This document shows, in pieces, positions 41,646 to 53,463 of a stretch of DNA of 64,000 bases. The DNA is taken from positions 5,824,001 through 5,888,000 of the forward strand of contig CAVUSO010000001.1 of NCBI GenBank assembly GCA_963744145.1, given 5' to 3'. Positions within the stretch are counted from its first letter, which is position 1. The number at the start of each line of letters is the position of its first letter. The notes under the pieces were generated by a model, which did no database searches, was not told the DNA's origin, and was given only the letters and a program-made list of their open reading frames with translations. Both the position numbers and the translations under genes were made by a program. The DNA is from an uncultured cyanobacterium (GTDB taxonomy: Bacteria; Cyanobacteriota; Cyanobacteriia; Cyanobacteriales; CAWUOF01).

Positions 41646-41774
41646 ATGACTGCCCAATCTAAAAAACCTACCACAACTGGTCGTGCCTATCCTTTTCGCA
41701 CCGGGTGGGCTATATTTCTGTTAGCCGTCAACTTTTTAGTTGCTGCGATCTACTTCCATATTCTCAATATCTAA
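41646..41774 (+). CDS. psaX: photosystem I subunit PsaX
   Basis: Manual translation MTAQSKKPTTTGRAYPFRTGWAIFLLAVNFLVAAIYFHILNI*; AGGAG RBS upstream; too short for the ORF track. Confidence 0.92.
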   Translation: MTAQSKKPTTTGRAYPFRTGWAIFLLAVNFLVAAIYFHILNI

Positions 41775-41902
41775 AATAGACCTTTTCCTGATCACCGCTC
41801 GCAATTAGTGCCAGATTTTTCGATCCCTTCCCCTGCATTCTGGCACTAGGGCGGTTATAATGTTTTTGGTTTTTTAAGTATTTTGAGGATCAGAGTGATC
41901 TG

Positions 41903-42934
41903 ATGTTAAACCTAGATGGCTTTAATTCTGATTCAAATCTGCTGATCGATTGTATTACTTTACGCCAGCAACTAACACAACTATCTGAACCAATTATTGT
42001 GGGAGTTGCAGGAGATAGCGGTAGTGGTAAAACGACTTACAGTGATGGAATTCGTCGTCTCATTGGTCTTGATCTGGTAGATACGATCGCGATGGACGGT
42101 TATCACAAGGAAGATCGAGAACAACGTGCGATTAGTGGTCGTTTACCCCTTGATCCAGATGCTAACTACCTAGATTTATTAGCAACACACTTACAAGCTC
42201 TCAAACAAGGGAAGTCGATCGAAGTTCCCATTTATAACCACGCAACTGGGAAATTTGACCCACCCATACCTTTTTCTCCCAAACCAATTGTGATCGTTGA
42301 GGGACTACATGCTCTTTACCCAGAATTATTAGGAATGTTAGATTTCAGTCTTTATGTAGATCCAGATCATGATGTGAAATGGGAGTGGAAGTTTGAACGA
42401 GATGTAAAAAAAAGAGGACATCGAGCTGAATCCCTGGTCGAGGAAATGCTCAAAAGGGAAGCAAGTTATAAGCGTTGGTTAGATTTCCAGAAAACTAATG
42501 CTGATGTGGTGATCAAAATTTCCACCAGTCACCTCAAAGAATTGGCCCGTCATGAATTTACAGGACAATTACCATCAGGTTATTATAAGGTAGAATTAAT
42601 TGTAGTTCCCGCTCCAAATCCGTTACCAACTTTACCTCTACCTTTTGATTTAGCTTCAATACTAGAAGCTAATCAACCTCCTTTTATGCTAGCAGCTGTT
42701 CCCTGTACTTATTGGGGAAGACAGGTGATGATTATTCATCTTGATGGAGTCTTGTCTCAATCAACTATTGCCCAATTAGAACAACATATTGTTGATTTTA
42801 CTGGTATTCCCATTCAGGAAACAACTCTCAGACGTGAACAAGAACGAGTTTCAGCAACAGAATTTGCTCAATTGTTAATTGTTTGGCGCTTTTTAGAACA
42901 AGCTGTTTCGATCGCTCAAAAAAAGATCACCTGA
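41903..42934 (+). CDS. phosphoribulokinase/uridine kinase family protein (non-canonical PRK paralog)
   Basis: GVAGDSGSGKTT, DGYH, YNHATG, EGLH, RDV..RG. Confidence 0.85.
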   Translation: MLNLDGFNSDSNLLIDCITLRQQLTQLSEPIIVGVAGDSGSGKTTYSDGIRRLIGLDLVDTIAMDGYHKEDREQRAISGRLPLDPDANYLDLLATHLQALKQGKSIEVPIYNHATGKFDPPIPFSPKPIVIVEGLHALYPELLGMLDFSLYVDPDHDVKWEWKFERDVKKRGHRAESLVEEMLKREASYKRWLDFQKTNADVVIKISTSHLKELARHEFTGQLPSGYYKVELIVVPAPNPLPTLPLPFDLASILEANQPPFMLAAVPCTYWGRQVMIIHLDGVLSQSTIAQLEQHIVDFTGIPIQETTLRREQERVSATEFAQLLIVWRFLEQAVSIAQKKIT

Positions 42935-42950
42935 TCAGGAAGCTCCAAAA

Positions 42951-44564
42951 CTATTTTTCTGTAGATGCAAAAGCTGGACAGTAACCTTCACTTGTCACCT
43001 TAAACCCAAACAAAGATGAAGCTTGGTTCCAACAACGCTGTCCGCGATAATGTTGACAGATTCCACAGCAATCTAACCCAACTGGAACTCGAGAGTCACT
43101 ACCTCGCTCTAAAAGTTCTCGTTGAGATACACCTCGTAATACCAGTTCCTCACCCTGCCATTTAGCTAATAATAAACCTGTATCCGCAAAATTTTGCCAA
43201 CGGGGGTCATCTGCGATCGCAGCAGAAAAGCTCATCATTACCTCCGTTTCCTGTTCGATTAACTCACCTTCATAGTTGGTTTCTGGTGGAGCTGGTTGCA
43301 AAAATGTTTCACCAATTGGCAATTCTACCAAAGTTCCTGCGGATGGACAATGCAACTGATACCGATTATTCAACTCATCTAAGCTAGTTAAATCAGCGAG
43401 ATAGGTAGGTGCGCCATGGATAAACATGATATGTTGAGGACGGAGATTATGAATTAATTGGGTGGTGCCTGGTCCATCACAATGCTGGGCTAATAAATAA
43501 CTTTCCATATTCGCTAAACTAGAGGGTTTAGGGTAAGGATAGGGGGGTTCAGGAGTAAATAAACGACCCGGTTTTTGCGATCGCAATAACAACCAAGGAC
43601 CAGTTTCAGGTTGACAATATTCCTTGAGATCATAATGCTTGTCCGTCAACACAATACAAGGAGATCGACCAACCGTAGCACGTTGCTCCGGATTTAAACG
43701 ACGTACACGAGGACGGATTCTTTCATCCCAAAATAAAGGTTGATGTCGGGCAAAATTTTGAATAGAAGCTGGAAAACTTGATAAAAGTTCTAAATAAGCA
43801 TCACAACCAGCAATGAGAGTCCCATCTACCCAGATATCGATATCGCGACCAGTAAAGCTATGATGAGAACGGAGTAACATTAGTAGTTCTTGACCTAACC
43901 CCAAGGTCGGTGCTGGTAAAAGGATTGATTGTCGTTCTGCGATCGCCCGATTAATCCGTTCCGCTAATTGATTTTCCTGCTGTTTCCGGTGGGGATGACG
44001 TGCTGTACCATAACTACCTTCTAAAATCAGAACATCTGGCTCTAAACCTCGTAATTCTTCTAAATGTAATCCTTCAACTAAACGGGAATTAGATAGAAAA
44101 AAATCTCCAGTATAAAATAATTTATAGGTGCGGAGTGGAGCTGTATAGGTGAGCAAAATAGCTGCGGCTCCGGGTAAATGACCCGCAGGAAATAATTCTA
44201 CCCTTAATCCACTTCTCACTTCAACTGGCGATCGCCAGGATAGGGGTTGACAATTGATCCCAATCTGGTCGCGGTTGATTTCTGGCCAATTTAAGGGCAA
44301 TAATTGAGTGGTAATCTCACTAGCATAGATTGGTAATTGGGGAAAGGCTGCGTTTAGTGCGAGTAAACCCCGCGCATGATCAGGATGTGCATGACTACAT
44401 AAGACTAAATCTGCGGGGATCTTGTCTGGGTCTGATGTTATCAGTGCTGAAATATTTTCTAGACCACAATCGAGAATAATCCGATGTGGTCCCATTCGCA
44501 TCAACAGACAAACACCTTCGTCTTTATGGTTGACACCGTATGGTAAACATTCCAGCTCAATCAC
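42951..44564 (-). CDS. MBL-fold / beta-CASP metallo-hydrolase
   Basis: SHAHPDH, AGHLPGA, YTGD. Confidence 0.9.
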   Translation of the reverse strand: MIELECLPYGVNHKDEGVCLLMRMGPHRIILDCGLENISALITSDPDKIPADLVLCSHAHPDHARGLLALNAAFPQLPIYASEITTQLLPLNWPEINRDQIGINCQPLSWRSPVEVRSGLRVELFPAGHLPGAAAILLTYTAPLRTYKLFYTGDFFLSNSRLVEGLHLEELRGLEPDVLILEGSYGTARHPHRKQQENQLAERINRAIAERQSILLPAPTLGLGQELLMLLRSHHSFTGRDIDIWVDGTLIAGCDAYLELLSSFPASIQNFARHQPLFWDERIRPRVRRLNPEQRATVGRSPCIVLTDKHYDLKEYCQPETGPWLLLRSQKPGRLFTPEPPYPYPKPSSLANMESYLLAQHCDGPGTTQLIHNLRPQHIMFIHGAPTYLADLTSLDELNNRYQLHCPSAGTLVELPIGETFLQPAPPETNYEGELIEQETEVMMSFSAAIADDPRWQNFADTGLLLAKWQGEELVLRGVSQRELLERGSDSRVPVGLDCCGICQHYRGQRCWNQASSLFGFKVTSEGYCPAFASTEK

Positions 44565-44697
44565 AGTAATTTGCTCTCTGAGGCGAGTATAGTTGGTAGC
44601 ATCGTTATGGCCTAATCTTAGTCAGGACTTTAATAATAGCTAAAATTGTGATTAAATCCACACATTTCGCTATTTTGATGCTACTACACAGCTAGAT

Positions 44698-45510
44698 TTA
44701 ACCAAAAACTCGATGTTGCAGACTGGGCATTTGACGACGAACTTGTTCTAAACGGTTTGGGTTAATTTCTGCGATCGCCACACCAGGAAGATCACCTGCA
44801 TCGGCTAAAATTACTCCCCAAGGATCAACAATCATCGCATGACCGTGGGAGTGTCGCGTTCCATAGTGAAAACCTGTTTGAGCAGGAGCAATCAGATAAC
44901 AGGTATTTTCAATTGCCCTGGCTTGTAATAATATTTGCCAATGATCTTTGCCTGTATAAGCGGTAAAAGCCGCAGGGACAAACATCACATCCGCTCCCTG
45001 TTGGGATAAGTGTCGGTACAGTTCGGGGAACCTAATATCATAGCATACGGAAAGACCTAACTTACCGAAGTTGTTCGTATCATAAACCGTAGGTAGTTTT
45101 TGACCCGCTTGCACCTTACTTGATTCGCGATAGGTATTACCATCGGGTAGGTCAACGTCAAATAAATGTACTTTTTCATATCGAATTAGTTCTTGACCTG
45201 TAGAGTCTATCAGCAAAGCTGTATTGTAAAATTTGTCTTGATTGACTGGTACGGGATAACCACCACCAAGAATCGTCACTTGGTACTTTTGGGCCATTGT
45301 TTTCAAAAATTTTTCACTTCCTTGAGCGATCGCTTCAGCTTGATGTATTTTCACGGATTCATCACCCAGAAAAGAAAAATTTTCTGGTAAGCCAATTAAT
45401 TCTGCACCTCGATGAATCGCTAGATCAATCAATTCTTCAGCCTGAACCAAGTTTTTGTCTAGGTCAGGTCCACTGGTCATTTGAATGGCTGCGGCAAGAT
45501 AAGGTTTCAT
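44698..45510 (-). CDS. carbon-nitrogen hydrolase (Nit-like)
   Basis: LPEN, YEKVHLFD, VCYDIRFPE (E-K-C triad). Confidence 0.93.
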   Translation of the reverse strand: MKPYLAAAIQMTSGPDLDKNLVQAEELIDLAIHRGAELIGLPENFSFLGDESVKIHQAEAIAQGSEKFLKTMAQKYQVTILGGGYPVPVNQDKFYNTALLIDSTGQELIRYEKVHLFDVDLPDGNTYRESSKVQAGQKLPTVYDTNNFGKLGLSVCYDIRFPELYRHLSQQGADVMFVPAAFTAYTGKDHWQILLQARAIENTCYLIAPAQTGFHYGTRHSHGHAMIVDPWGVILADAGDLPGVAIAEINPNRLEQVRRQMPSLQHRVFG

Positions 45511-45730
45511 CAGTTTAACTAAAATTTTTGGGTCTAGATTACCTGGTTGTAAAATATAGACATTATCATGATTATGTGTGAAGCAGATGATCTAATTTCC
45601 TGTACTCGCTCAAAGATTGCTAGGAAAAGCCGGCGCTGATCTGCTATCTTTGAGCGATGGGATGTAGTAATGACTAGGCTCTCATCATCCCGGTGGTTAA
45701 GAATCAATCGACCTCTTGGTTTCAATAGTT

Positions 45731-46126
45731 ATGAATATTATTCAAATTCTTCAAGACGATTACCAAAGATTTCCCATTGACCAGACTTATCATATTTATG
45801 CAGAAGATGTTTATTTTCAAGATCCTCTCAATCAATTTTGGGGGATTAAAAAATATCAAAAAATGATTGGACTAATCAAAACTTTTTTTCGGGAAACCAA
45901 ATTAGATTTACATGATATTAATCAATCAGAAAATTTGATTATCACTAAATGGACTTTAAGCTGGACAGCACCTGTACCTTGGCAACCACGCATGACCATT
46001 ACTGGTTGGAGTGAGTTGAAGTTGAATCCAGAAGGATTAATTATTAGCCATATCGATTACTGGAATTGTTCGATCTGGGATGTAATTAAGCAACTATGGC
46101 CAGTCAAAAGCCATCCTGAAAAATAG
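45731..46126 (+). CDS. DUF2358 / SnoaL-like protein
   Basis: YAEDVYFQDP, PWQPR, SHIDYW. Confidence 0.85.
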   Translation: MNIIQILQDDYQRFPIDQTYHIYAEDVYFQDPLNQFWGIKKYQKMIGLIKTFFRETKLDLHDINQSENLIITKWTLSWTAPVPWQPRMTITGWSELKLNPEGLIISHIDYWNCSIWDVIKQLWPVKSHPEK

Positions 46127-46140
46127 AGGCTATTAATAAT

Positions 46141-46244
46141 TAGGAATGAAAAATAAATAACTTGATGGTTTGGTTCGTAGTAAGCGATGATATCTCTCAA
46201 AAGCTTACTACAAGCGAGCGAATTATTTAATTTCTATTCCTTAG
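46141..46244. repeat. MITE/REP-like dispersed repeat, copy 2
   Basis: Imperfect terminal inverted repeat taggaatgaaaaataaataa ... ttatttaatttctattcctta; internal gtagtaagc...gcttactac. Confidence 0.8.
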
Positions 46245-46463
46245 CTATTTGTGGTAATTAAATAGGATCGGCTATGATTTTATTGCGTCTGATCTGATTT
46301 TTTCTGTCCGCTGCTATGCGATCGCCCATATTTTTAGCGATCGCGCAGATTAAAAATGGATGGTTAATCCTATATTTGTTATAAAATCACTAAACGCAAA
46401 TCCAATCAAATTAATGGCAGCGATTAAATTAGCTCAAGAATCAGATTAACTGGAGAAAATTTT

Positions 46464-47898
46464 GTGAACAAGACCCGCCTTGCTGTCGTTACAACTCTGG
46501 TAATAGCTACTAACATTTTCGTGACTAACCAGACACAAGCTCAACCAAAAAACTACCAGCCCAATAATATCTCGATCAACCACCCCGTACCCTCTATTCA
46601 GGACATCGAAACGAAGACACAACGGGATGTTCGCCTGGCCTGGTGGCGGGAAGCTCGGTTTGGGATGTTCATTCATTGGGGAATATATTCTCTTTTTCCC
46701 GCTGGTGGTGAGTGGATTATGAATAATGCTTCTATCCCAGTTTTCTTCTATAAAAACCTTGCTCCTCAGTTCAATCCAACCAGTTTCAGTGCTCATGACA
46801 TTGTTGCTCTCGCCAAATCAGCAGGGATGAAGTACATTGTGATCACGGCCAAACACCATGACGGATTTGCGATGTTTGACTCCAAAGCTGATCCCTTCAA
46901 CATTATCGCCGCTACACCTTTCCATCGTGATCCTTTGCAAGAATTGGCAGAAGAATGTCGCAAACAGGACATGAAACTAGGGTTCTACTACTCCCAGTTT
47001 CAGGACTGGACGGCTCCTGGTGGGGGTGCATTAGATAATAGCTGCCATAACAGAAACAAAGATACTAATCACTGGGACAAGGTTCAGGATGGTAGCTTCG
47101 ACGATTACCTCAAAAACAAGGCTATTCCCCAGATCAAGGAACTACTTACTAATTACGGAGATTACCCGGATATTCTTTGGTTTGATAGCCCAGAAAAAAT
47201 GACCTCAGCAAGTGCGGCGGAGATAGTCAAAGTTCTAAATCAATACCCTAAACTCATTTGGAACAATCGCCTTGGCGGCACATACCAGGGCGACACGGAG
47301 ACACCAGAGCAGCAAATCCCACCGCAAGGTTTGCCCGGGCACGACTGGGAAACTTGCATGACGATGAACGCTTCTTGGGGTTACAGTTCTACCGATACAA
47401 TATACAAGTCAGCCACAACTCTGTTACATAGTCTGATTGATGTTGCTAGTAAAGGCGGTAACTATCTGCTTAATATTAGTCCTGACTCTCATGGTATTGT
47501 GCCGCCACCGCAGGTCGAGCGTCTGCAACAGATTGGCAAATGGCTGAGTGTAAATGGAGAAGCTATTTATAAAACTCAGGCAACTCTTTTTGGCCCAGAA
47601 GCTGGTTTCTTCAGTTCAACTGAAAAAAAAGAAAATGGACAACCAGAATTTATCCCAACCTGGAACTGGCGATCGACCACTACCCCAGAGAAGATTTATA
47701 TTGAGATCTTCGTTTGATCCGAAAGGTTCTTTCCATCTAAACAAACTGCCGCGACGAGTGAGTAGTGCTTACTTATTGGCCGATCCAGCCCATCAGCCTC
47801 TCAAACTGACCCAAAATGGTGATGGTCTCGATATTGAATTACCTGCCCAGCCACTCGATCCAATGGCAACTGTACTTGTTCTCAATACACTAAGATAA
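46464..47898 (+). CDS. GH29 alpha-L-fucosidase with a signal peptide; frameshift near 47717
   Basis: FGMFIHWG, AKHHDGF, LWFD, WETCMT, KGGNYLLN, NGEAIY; the C-terminal beta domain continues in another frame to 47898. Confidence 0.9.
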
Positions 47899-47924
47899 TT
47901 TGAGTTGTCTCACTTTTATTAACG

Positions 47925-50596
47925 TTAGTTGATGAATCCTTCTGGGCCAATTTTCGCGATGGGAATCGGCTGAAAGCCCAGTTGAAAAGCAGGAGAATTA
48001 GGCGCGAGACGATAATCGTTTTTTTCCGGGCTAATAAATTGCGGATTGCTGATCAGAGAATGGCGGTCAAAACCTGCTGCTTGCCATTGAGTAAAATTAC
48101 CTTCTGGTGTAATATTTTTTGGTGTATTGGCTAAGCTTAAACCTCCAACTTGCCAGTAAAGATTGAAGTCAATCTGTGCAAAAGCATCATGGTGCCACTT
48201 GCTCCCACCACTTTTCCAAAGACTAGCATTGGGAGCGTCAAATACAACAATATTGCGTCGAAAAATATTGCCTTTCATTAAATCATCGCGCTGGAGAAAG
48301 TTGATTTGCTCTTTTGCCCCATTCACCCAAAAAATGTTATTTTCAAAAGTATTGTTTTTGCCGTTGGAAAATAAGATCGCAGCCGTTGCTATGTCTAGGA
48401 TAATATTTCCATAAATCGTCGTACCACTACTATCGTCGTCAAGGAAAACCCCTGAACTCATATAAGGTGTTACAATTTCCTCGTCCGATTTAGTTACCAG
48501 ACCAGGGGTGCGACGAATTAAGTTGAATCGAATCACGTTACCACTTGATTGGCGATCGCGTCCAAGAGTTTCAATCGCTCCGGTATCATTAGTTTCCTGA
48601 TTCGTATCTACAATTTCATTAAATTCTACCAAATTGTTGTGAGAAAAATTAATCTCGTCATAAGTTTTTAAAGAAATCCCATAACGAGGCAAGCGGTGGA
48701 TGCGATTGTGAATAATCCGGTTGCCACTTCCTGTAGTCACATATACTCCCGCTATATGCTTGTAAATTAGCCCGCAATCGTGAATGTCATTGGCAGCAAT
48801 TAAATTATTAAAAGGCTGGGTTTCTGTCGTTCCTAAAAGTACGACTCCACCTTGCCCTAACTGAGACATTCGGTTGCAAATAATGTGATTTTCCGAACTG
48901 TGCTTCTCCAATCGCACTGCATAGCCACCTAGGTTAAAAAATGTACAATTTTCAATCACACACTGTTGCGTACCACTGAGCCAGATCGCCGCATCAGCAA
49001 ACATATAATAGCTGCTATTACCATTGAGCCAGATCGCAGCATTGGCAAGAGTATAATCGTGGTTATTATCGACTTTCTGATTATCAAAATCACTATTTAA
49101 TACTGTATAGTTTGTATCAGTAAAAGTTAGTCCTCGAAAATAAACGTACTTGACAAAATTATCAGTTTGCGAGTCACCTTGCAAGACAATGAGGCGATCA
49201 AGGTGTGGTGCAACTACGTCCACATTTGGGAAATCAGGCTGAGTAGCCCAGTAAATTAATTCACCTGTTTTTGCATCTAGATACCACTCACCAGGACTGT
49301 CTAGCGCATCTCGCAGGTTGGCGATGAAAAAGCGATTGCCGGGTCGGATATCTTGCTGACTATTGACAAACAGCGTTTGACTTTCTTTGTTGACACTTGT
49401 AACGGGCAAAATCGTGTTAAGCCAACTCCAGGAAGGAAAAATATGTACTTCCGCCCCCTCCCAATTTTGCCATTGCGGAAACTTAGCCTGATCGATGAAG
49501 ATGCGATCCTGCAAACCAGGGATATCTGGCTTAGGTAGTTTAATTTCTTTGCCAATTGCACGCTGACAGGCTTCTGCTTGAATTAATACTAAATGGTGAT
49601 TGGCTGTTGGCGGTTGCAGTTCGTATTTAGACCACCAAGTAAGGATGCGAATAGCCGTTTCTGGATGCCAATCTGGGTCGTCTGTCAAACAAAAAGCGTC
49701 AAGTTGAAATTTGCCATCTTGAAGATTTTCCCAGACTAGGGTTTGTTCACCAGCCATTAAACGAATTGTCGAGGTCATTGCCCACTGATAGTTTCCCTCT
49801 TCTTTTGTAGCGGGCAAATTTTTCAGCCGCGATTGGCTACTTTCCGATCGCAGAATAGCCCAGTCATCCTGATTAGTGCCAAGATTGTGAGAGTAGCGAA
49901 CCCAGATTTTATAGTCCTCCGCCTCCGGTATCACGATTTTCCATTCCAATCTATCATTGGCATTATTGAGGCTGACGCTGCTATTAAAAGCCCCCTTTTC
50001 CCAAGGTTTGCCCCACCATTGGGCGTACAACCAACCTCCAAGGATAGGTTGTTTTGGATCGAATTTGGGATAACGTGCCCGAGTGCCCACTCACCATTGG
50101 TACGAAGTAAGCGAAAATACCATTTCCCAGTTTTGACATTTGGTAATGTTGCCACCCAAAGGTGATCGTTAAGTTTTCGCCAATTCTTGATCTGCTTCCC
50201 ACCGCTGAAAATGGGAATTTCGCTGGGAAAAGCTGCAAAAATTACCGGACATTCAGCAGTTCCGGAATCTTCCGGTTCTAGTAATAAAGGTTGTTCTAAA
50301 TAATAAGTGCCACCCCGCGCAAAAACCGTCACGGGTTGTTTTAAAATACCGCCTTGCTGACGTTTGAGTTCACGGATAGCGTCGCGCGATCGCCAAAAAG
50401 TCGCAAAAGGGCCATCTGTTTTGGTCTCATTAGGATTAGCCAATTTGCCTGACCAAGTATCACTACCCTCCGGCGCAATATAAAACACAATACCATTGCT
50501 TTGGAGATTCGATGCCAGACTGGCACGGGCAGTGGTTGAAAGCTTGATTGCTAACCCTCCCAAACTCATCCAGGCTAAAAAAGTGCGACGATCCAT
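47925..50596 (-). CDS. Tat-exported right-handed beta-helix protein (GH141-like); frameshift near 50085
   Basis: MDRRTFL Tat motif; FYIAPEGSDTWSG..DGPFAT; NGEW(A)TRARYP spans the shift; PGEWYLD; DTGAIE and parallel beta-helix repeats. Confidence 0.8.
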
Positions 50597-50852
50597 GACG
50601 ATTGGGTGATTAAGTTTAATGTCAGTTTGATGGACTAGACAAAGCTGAAAAAAAGGCTAAGACTAGATTTGAAGAATTAGGACTCAGTTATCCTTGATAT
50701 TATATCACGCCTTGATATCACCTGTTCTTTAAATTGCCAATATTCCTCTGGTTTGTATCTCTGAAGTTAGTTCAATTTAGCATTAATTGACAAGTTAGAT
50801 TTAGAGCCAAATAAATAACTGAAACGGGTAAAACCAGAATCAATATGTCCAG

Positions 50853-50929
50853 GAATCTAGCAGGATTAATTATTAGCCATATATTAATGGAATTGTTCGA
50901 TCTGGGATGTAATTAAGCAACTATTGCCA
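50853..50929 (+). repeat. direct repeat of the 3' part of the DUF2358 gene (46024-46102)
   Basis: ggattaattattagccatat...tggaattgttcgatctgggatgtaattaagcaactat is present at both sites. Confidence 0.9.
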
Positions 50930-50980
50930 AGAAACAGCTAAAATAGTAGAAATAACTTGCGAGACAGGATTTGACTATTC

Positions 50981-52168
50981 ATGCGCTTAATATTGATGAC
51001 CGGGAAAGGGGGCGTTGGTAAGACTTCTGTCGCTGCGGCTACGGGTTTGCGTTGTGCTGAGTTAGGCTATAAGACGTTAGTATTGAGTACCGATCCAGCC
51101 CACTCTCTCGCAGATAGTTTTGATTTGGAATTGGGTCATGAACCCCGTTTAGTTCGCTCCCATCTCTGGGGCGCAGAATTAGATGCTTTAATGGAATTAG
51201 AAGGAAATTGGGGTGCTGTCAAACGCTACATTACCCAAGTTTTACAAGCTAGGGGATTAGATGGTGTTCAAGCGGAAGAATTAGCTATTTTACCAGGAAT
51301 GGATGAGATTTTTGGTCTAGTGAGAATGAAACGCCATTATGATGAAGGTGAGTACGATGTATTGATTATTGATTCAGCTCCTACGGGGACGGCACTACGT
51401 TTGTTGAGTTTGCCAGAAGTTGGTGGCTGGTATATGAGAAGATTTTATAAGCCATTACAACAGATGTCTGTAGTTCTTAGACCATTAGTTGAACCGTTAT
51501 TTCGACCGATCGCGGGTTTTTCTCTTCCTGATCAAGAAGTGATGGATGCACCTTATGAATTTTATGAGCAAATTGAGGCGTTAGAAAAGGTATTAACTGA
51601 TAATACAATTACTTCGGTGCGACTAATTACTAATCCTGAAAAGATGGTAATTAAGGAGTCCCTGCGTGCCCATGCTTATTTGAGTTTGTATAATGTCGCT
51701 ACAGATTTAGTTGTAGCTAATCGCATTATTCCCGAAGAAGTAACTGATCCATTTTTTAAGAGATGGAAAGAAAATCAAGAAGAATATCGTCAGGAAATTC
51801 ATGCAAATTTCCGACCTTTACCAGTGAAAGAGGTGCCTTTATATTCAGAGGAAATGTGTGGATTAGCAGCTTTAGATCGGTTGAAGGAAACTCTTTATAA
51901 AGATGAAGATCCAGCCCAGGTTTATTATCAGGAAACAACGGTTAAAATAGTACAAGATAAAGACCAATATAGTTTGGAACTATATTTACCGGGAATGCCA
52001 AAAGATAAAATCCAGCTCACTAAAACTGGTGATGAATTGAATATTCGGATTGGTAATCATCGCCGTAATATGGTTTTACCACAAGCTTTGGCAGCTTTGC
52101 AACCGTCCGGAGCAAAGATGGAAGAAGATTATCTGAAAATTCGCTTTGCTGATGTAGCTAGAGTGTAG
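50981..52168 (+). CDS. ArsA/GET3-family ATPase
   Basis: [23 protein letters not shown]-terminal alpha-crystallin-like domain. Confidence 0.93.
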   Translation: MRLILMTGKGGVGKTSVAAATGLRCAELGYKTLVLSTDPAHSLADSFDLELGHEPRLVRSHLWGAELDALMELEGNWGAVKRYITQVLQARGLDGVQAEELAILPGMDEIFGLVRMKRHYDEGEYDVLIIDSAPTGTALRLLSLPEVGGWYMRRFYKPLQQMSVVLRPLVEPLFRPIAGFSLPDQEVMDAPYEFYEQIEALEKVLTDNTITSVRLITNPEKMVIKESLRAHAYLSLYNVATDLVVANRIIPEEVTDPFFKRWKENQEEYRQEIHANFRPLPVKEVPLYSEEMCGLAALDRLKETLYKDEDPAQVYYQETTVKIVQDKDQYSLELYLPGMPKDKIQLTKTGDELNIRIGNHRRNMVLPQALAALQPSGAKMEEDYLKIRFADVARV

Positions 52169-52304
52169 AAAGAGATTTAGCTGTATGCTGTCGGAGCAAT
52201 TGATAAATTGCCCCGACTTGATCTAAGCCTAGATTTTAGACAGGACTAGATGCGATCGCGCGACAGTAATTAATCTAGCTTTTTTTAATTAGTTTATCTC
52301 TTGA

Positions 52305-53237
52305 TTAATTAAATTTAATTTTTGAAGTTACTTGATCTACGATATAGCGAGGACGTAGTAATAATGCTCCTAGCAAATTAGGTAATAGCCAATGATATTC
52401 ATGTTTAGAAAAATTAGTAACAGCAGCTTTATAGAAAAGATGACTCAGATCTTTTCGTTGTTGATCTAACTTTTTCCACCAAGGTTTTTGAGATTGAATA
52501 ACTAAAAATTCTGACCAAGTTGGTTCTGGTTCTCCTTGACAACGTCTGATCATACATTCTTGAATCCAATTAGTTTGTTGTGTTCCTTGTTTGACATTAG
52601 CTACCGAAGTTGCAGTAGAATGGATTCTATATTTTAACAAAAATTCTGGCTGAACTAAAACTAGATAACCCTGTTCAGCGACTCTATTCCATAAATCTAA
52701 ATCCTCAGCGTAGCTAAAATTTCGATAACCTCCAAGTGCTTGAATTACCGATTTTTTCATAATTACCGCTGGGTGATGAAATCCGATGAGTTGATTGGTA
52801 CGGACATACTCTTCCACCACAGCTTTATTGGTAAATTTTGAGCGAAATTGACCAATAATTTTGCCATTTTCATCAATATTATAAACATAGCTGCTAGCCA
52901 CAGCAAGATCAGGATTTTCGGCAATAAAAGCTAATTGTCTTTCAATTCGATTGGGCATCATTAGATCATCTGCGTCCATCCGGCAAATCCATTCATTTTC
53001 GCTCAATTCTATTCCTTTATTCAAAGTATTAGGTATACCACTATTGGCTTGAGAAATTACCTTGATTCGCGGATCTTTTTCGGCATAAGATTTGATAATG
53101 GCTAGGGTATTGTCCGTGGAACCATCATCAATGATCAGTAATTCAAAATTTGGGTATGTCTGGACTAAGATACTCTCAATGGTTTCTGCAATATAATGAT
53201 CGGCATTGTAAGCTGGTATCAGAATTGATACTTGCAT
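52305..53237 (-). CDS. GT2 glycosyltransferase
   Basis: ILIPAYN, DDGS, MDADD. Confidence 0.92.
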   Translation of the reverse strand: MQVSILIPAYNADHYIAETIESILVQTYPNFELLIIDDGSTDNTLAIIKSYAEKDPRIKVISQANSGIPNTLNKGIELSENEWICRMDADDLMMPNRIERQLAFIAENPDLAVASSYVYNIDENGKIIGQFRSKFTNKAVVEEYVRTNQLIGFHHPAVIMKKSVIQALGGYRNFSYAEDLDLWNRVAEQGYLVLVQPEFLLKYRIHSTATSVANVKQGTQQTNWIQECMIRRCQGEPEPTWSEFLVIQSQKPWWKKLDQQRKDLSHLFYKAAVTNFSKHEYHWLLPNLLGALLLRPRYIVDQVTSKIKFN

Positions 53238-53463
53238 AAATTTATACTCCTAATTCATTGGCAATATATTAGCTTTTTTTTATCAATAACAGAAGACCGC
53301 AGATGGCTCCGTAAAAGTTTTCTTAGTCATAGTAATAATTAATTTGTCTTCTTTTCTGGAGAGGTTTTTTGGATGAAACTGGTTTACTTTTGCCATATAA
53401 TTTTCCTAAATTAAGGGTTGCATGAATGAGGAAAAAACTAGCCCTATTCCATTCAGAACCTTT

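Noticed and set aside
41438..41662. 74-aa ORF
   Set aside because: No motif, TTG start, and it overlaps the real psaX start; likely spurious
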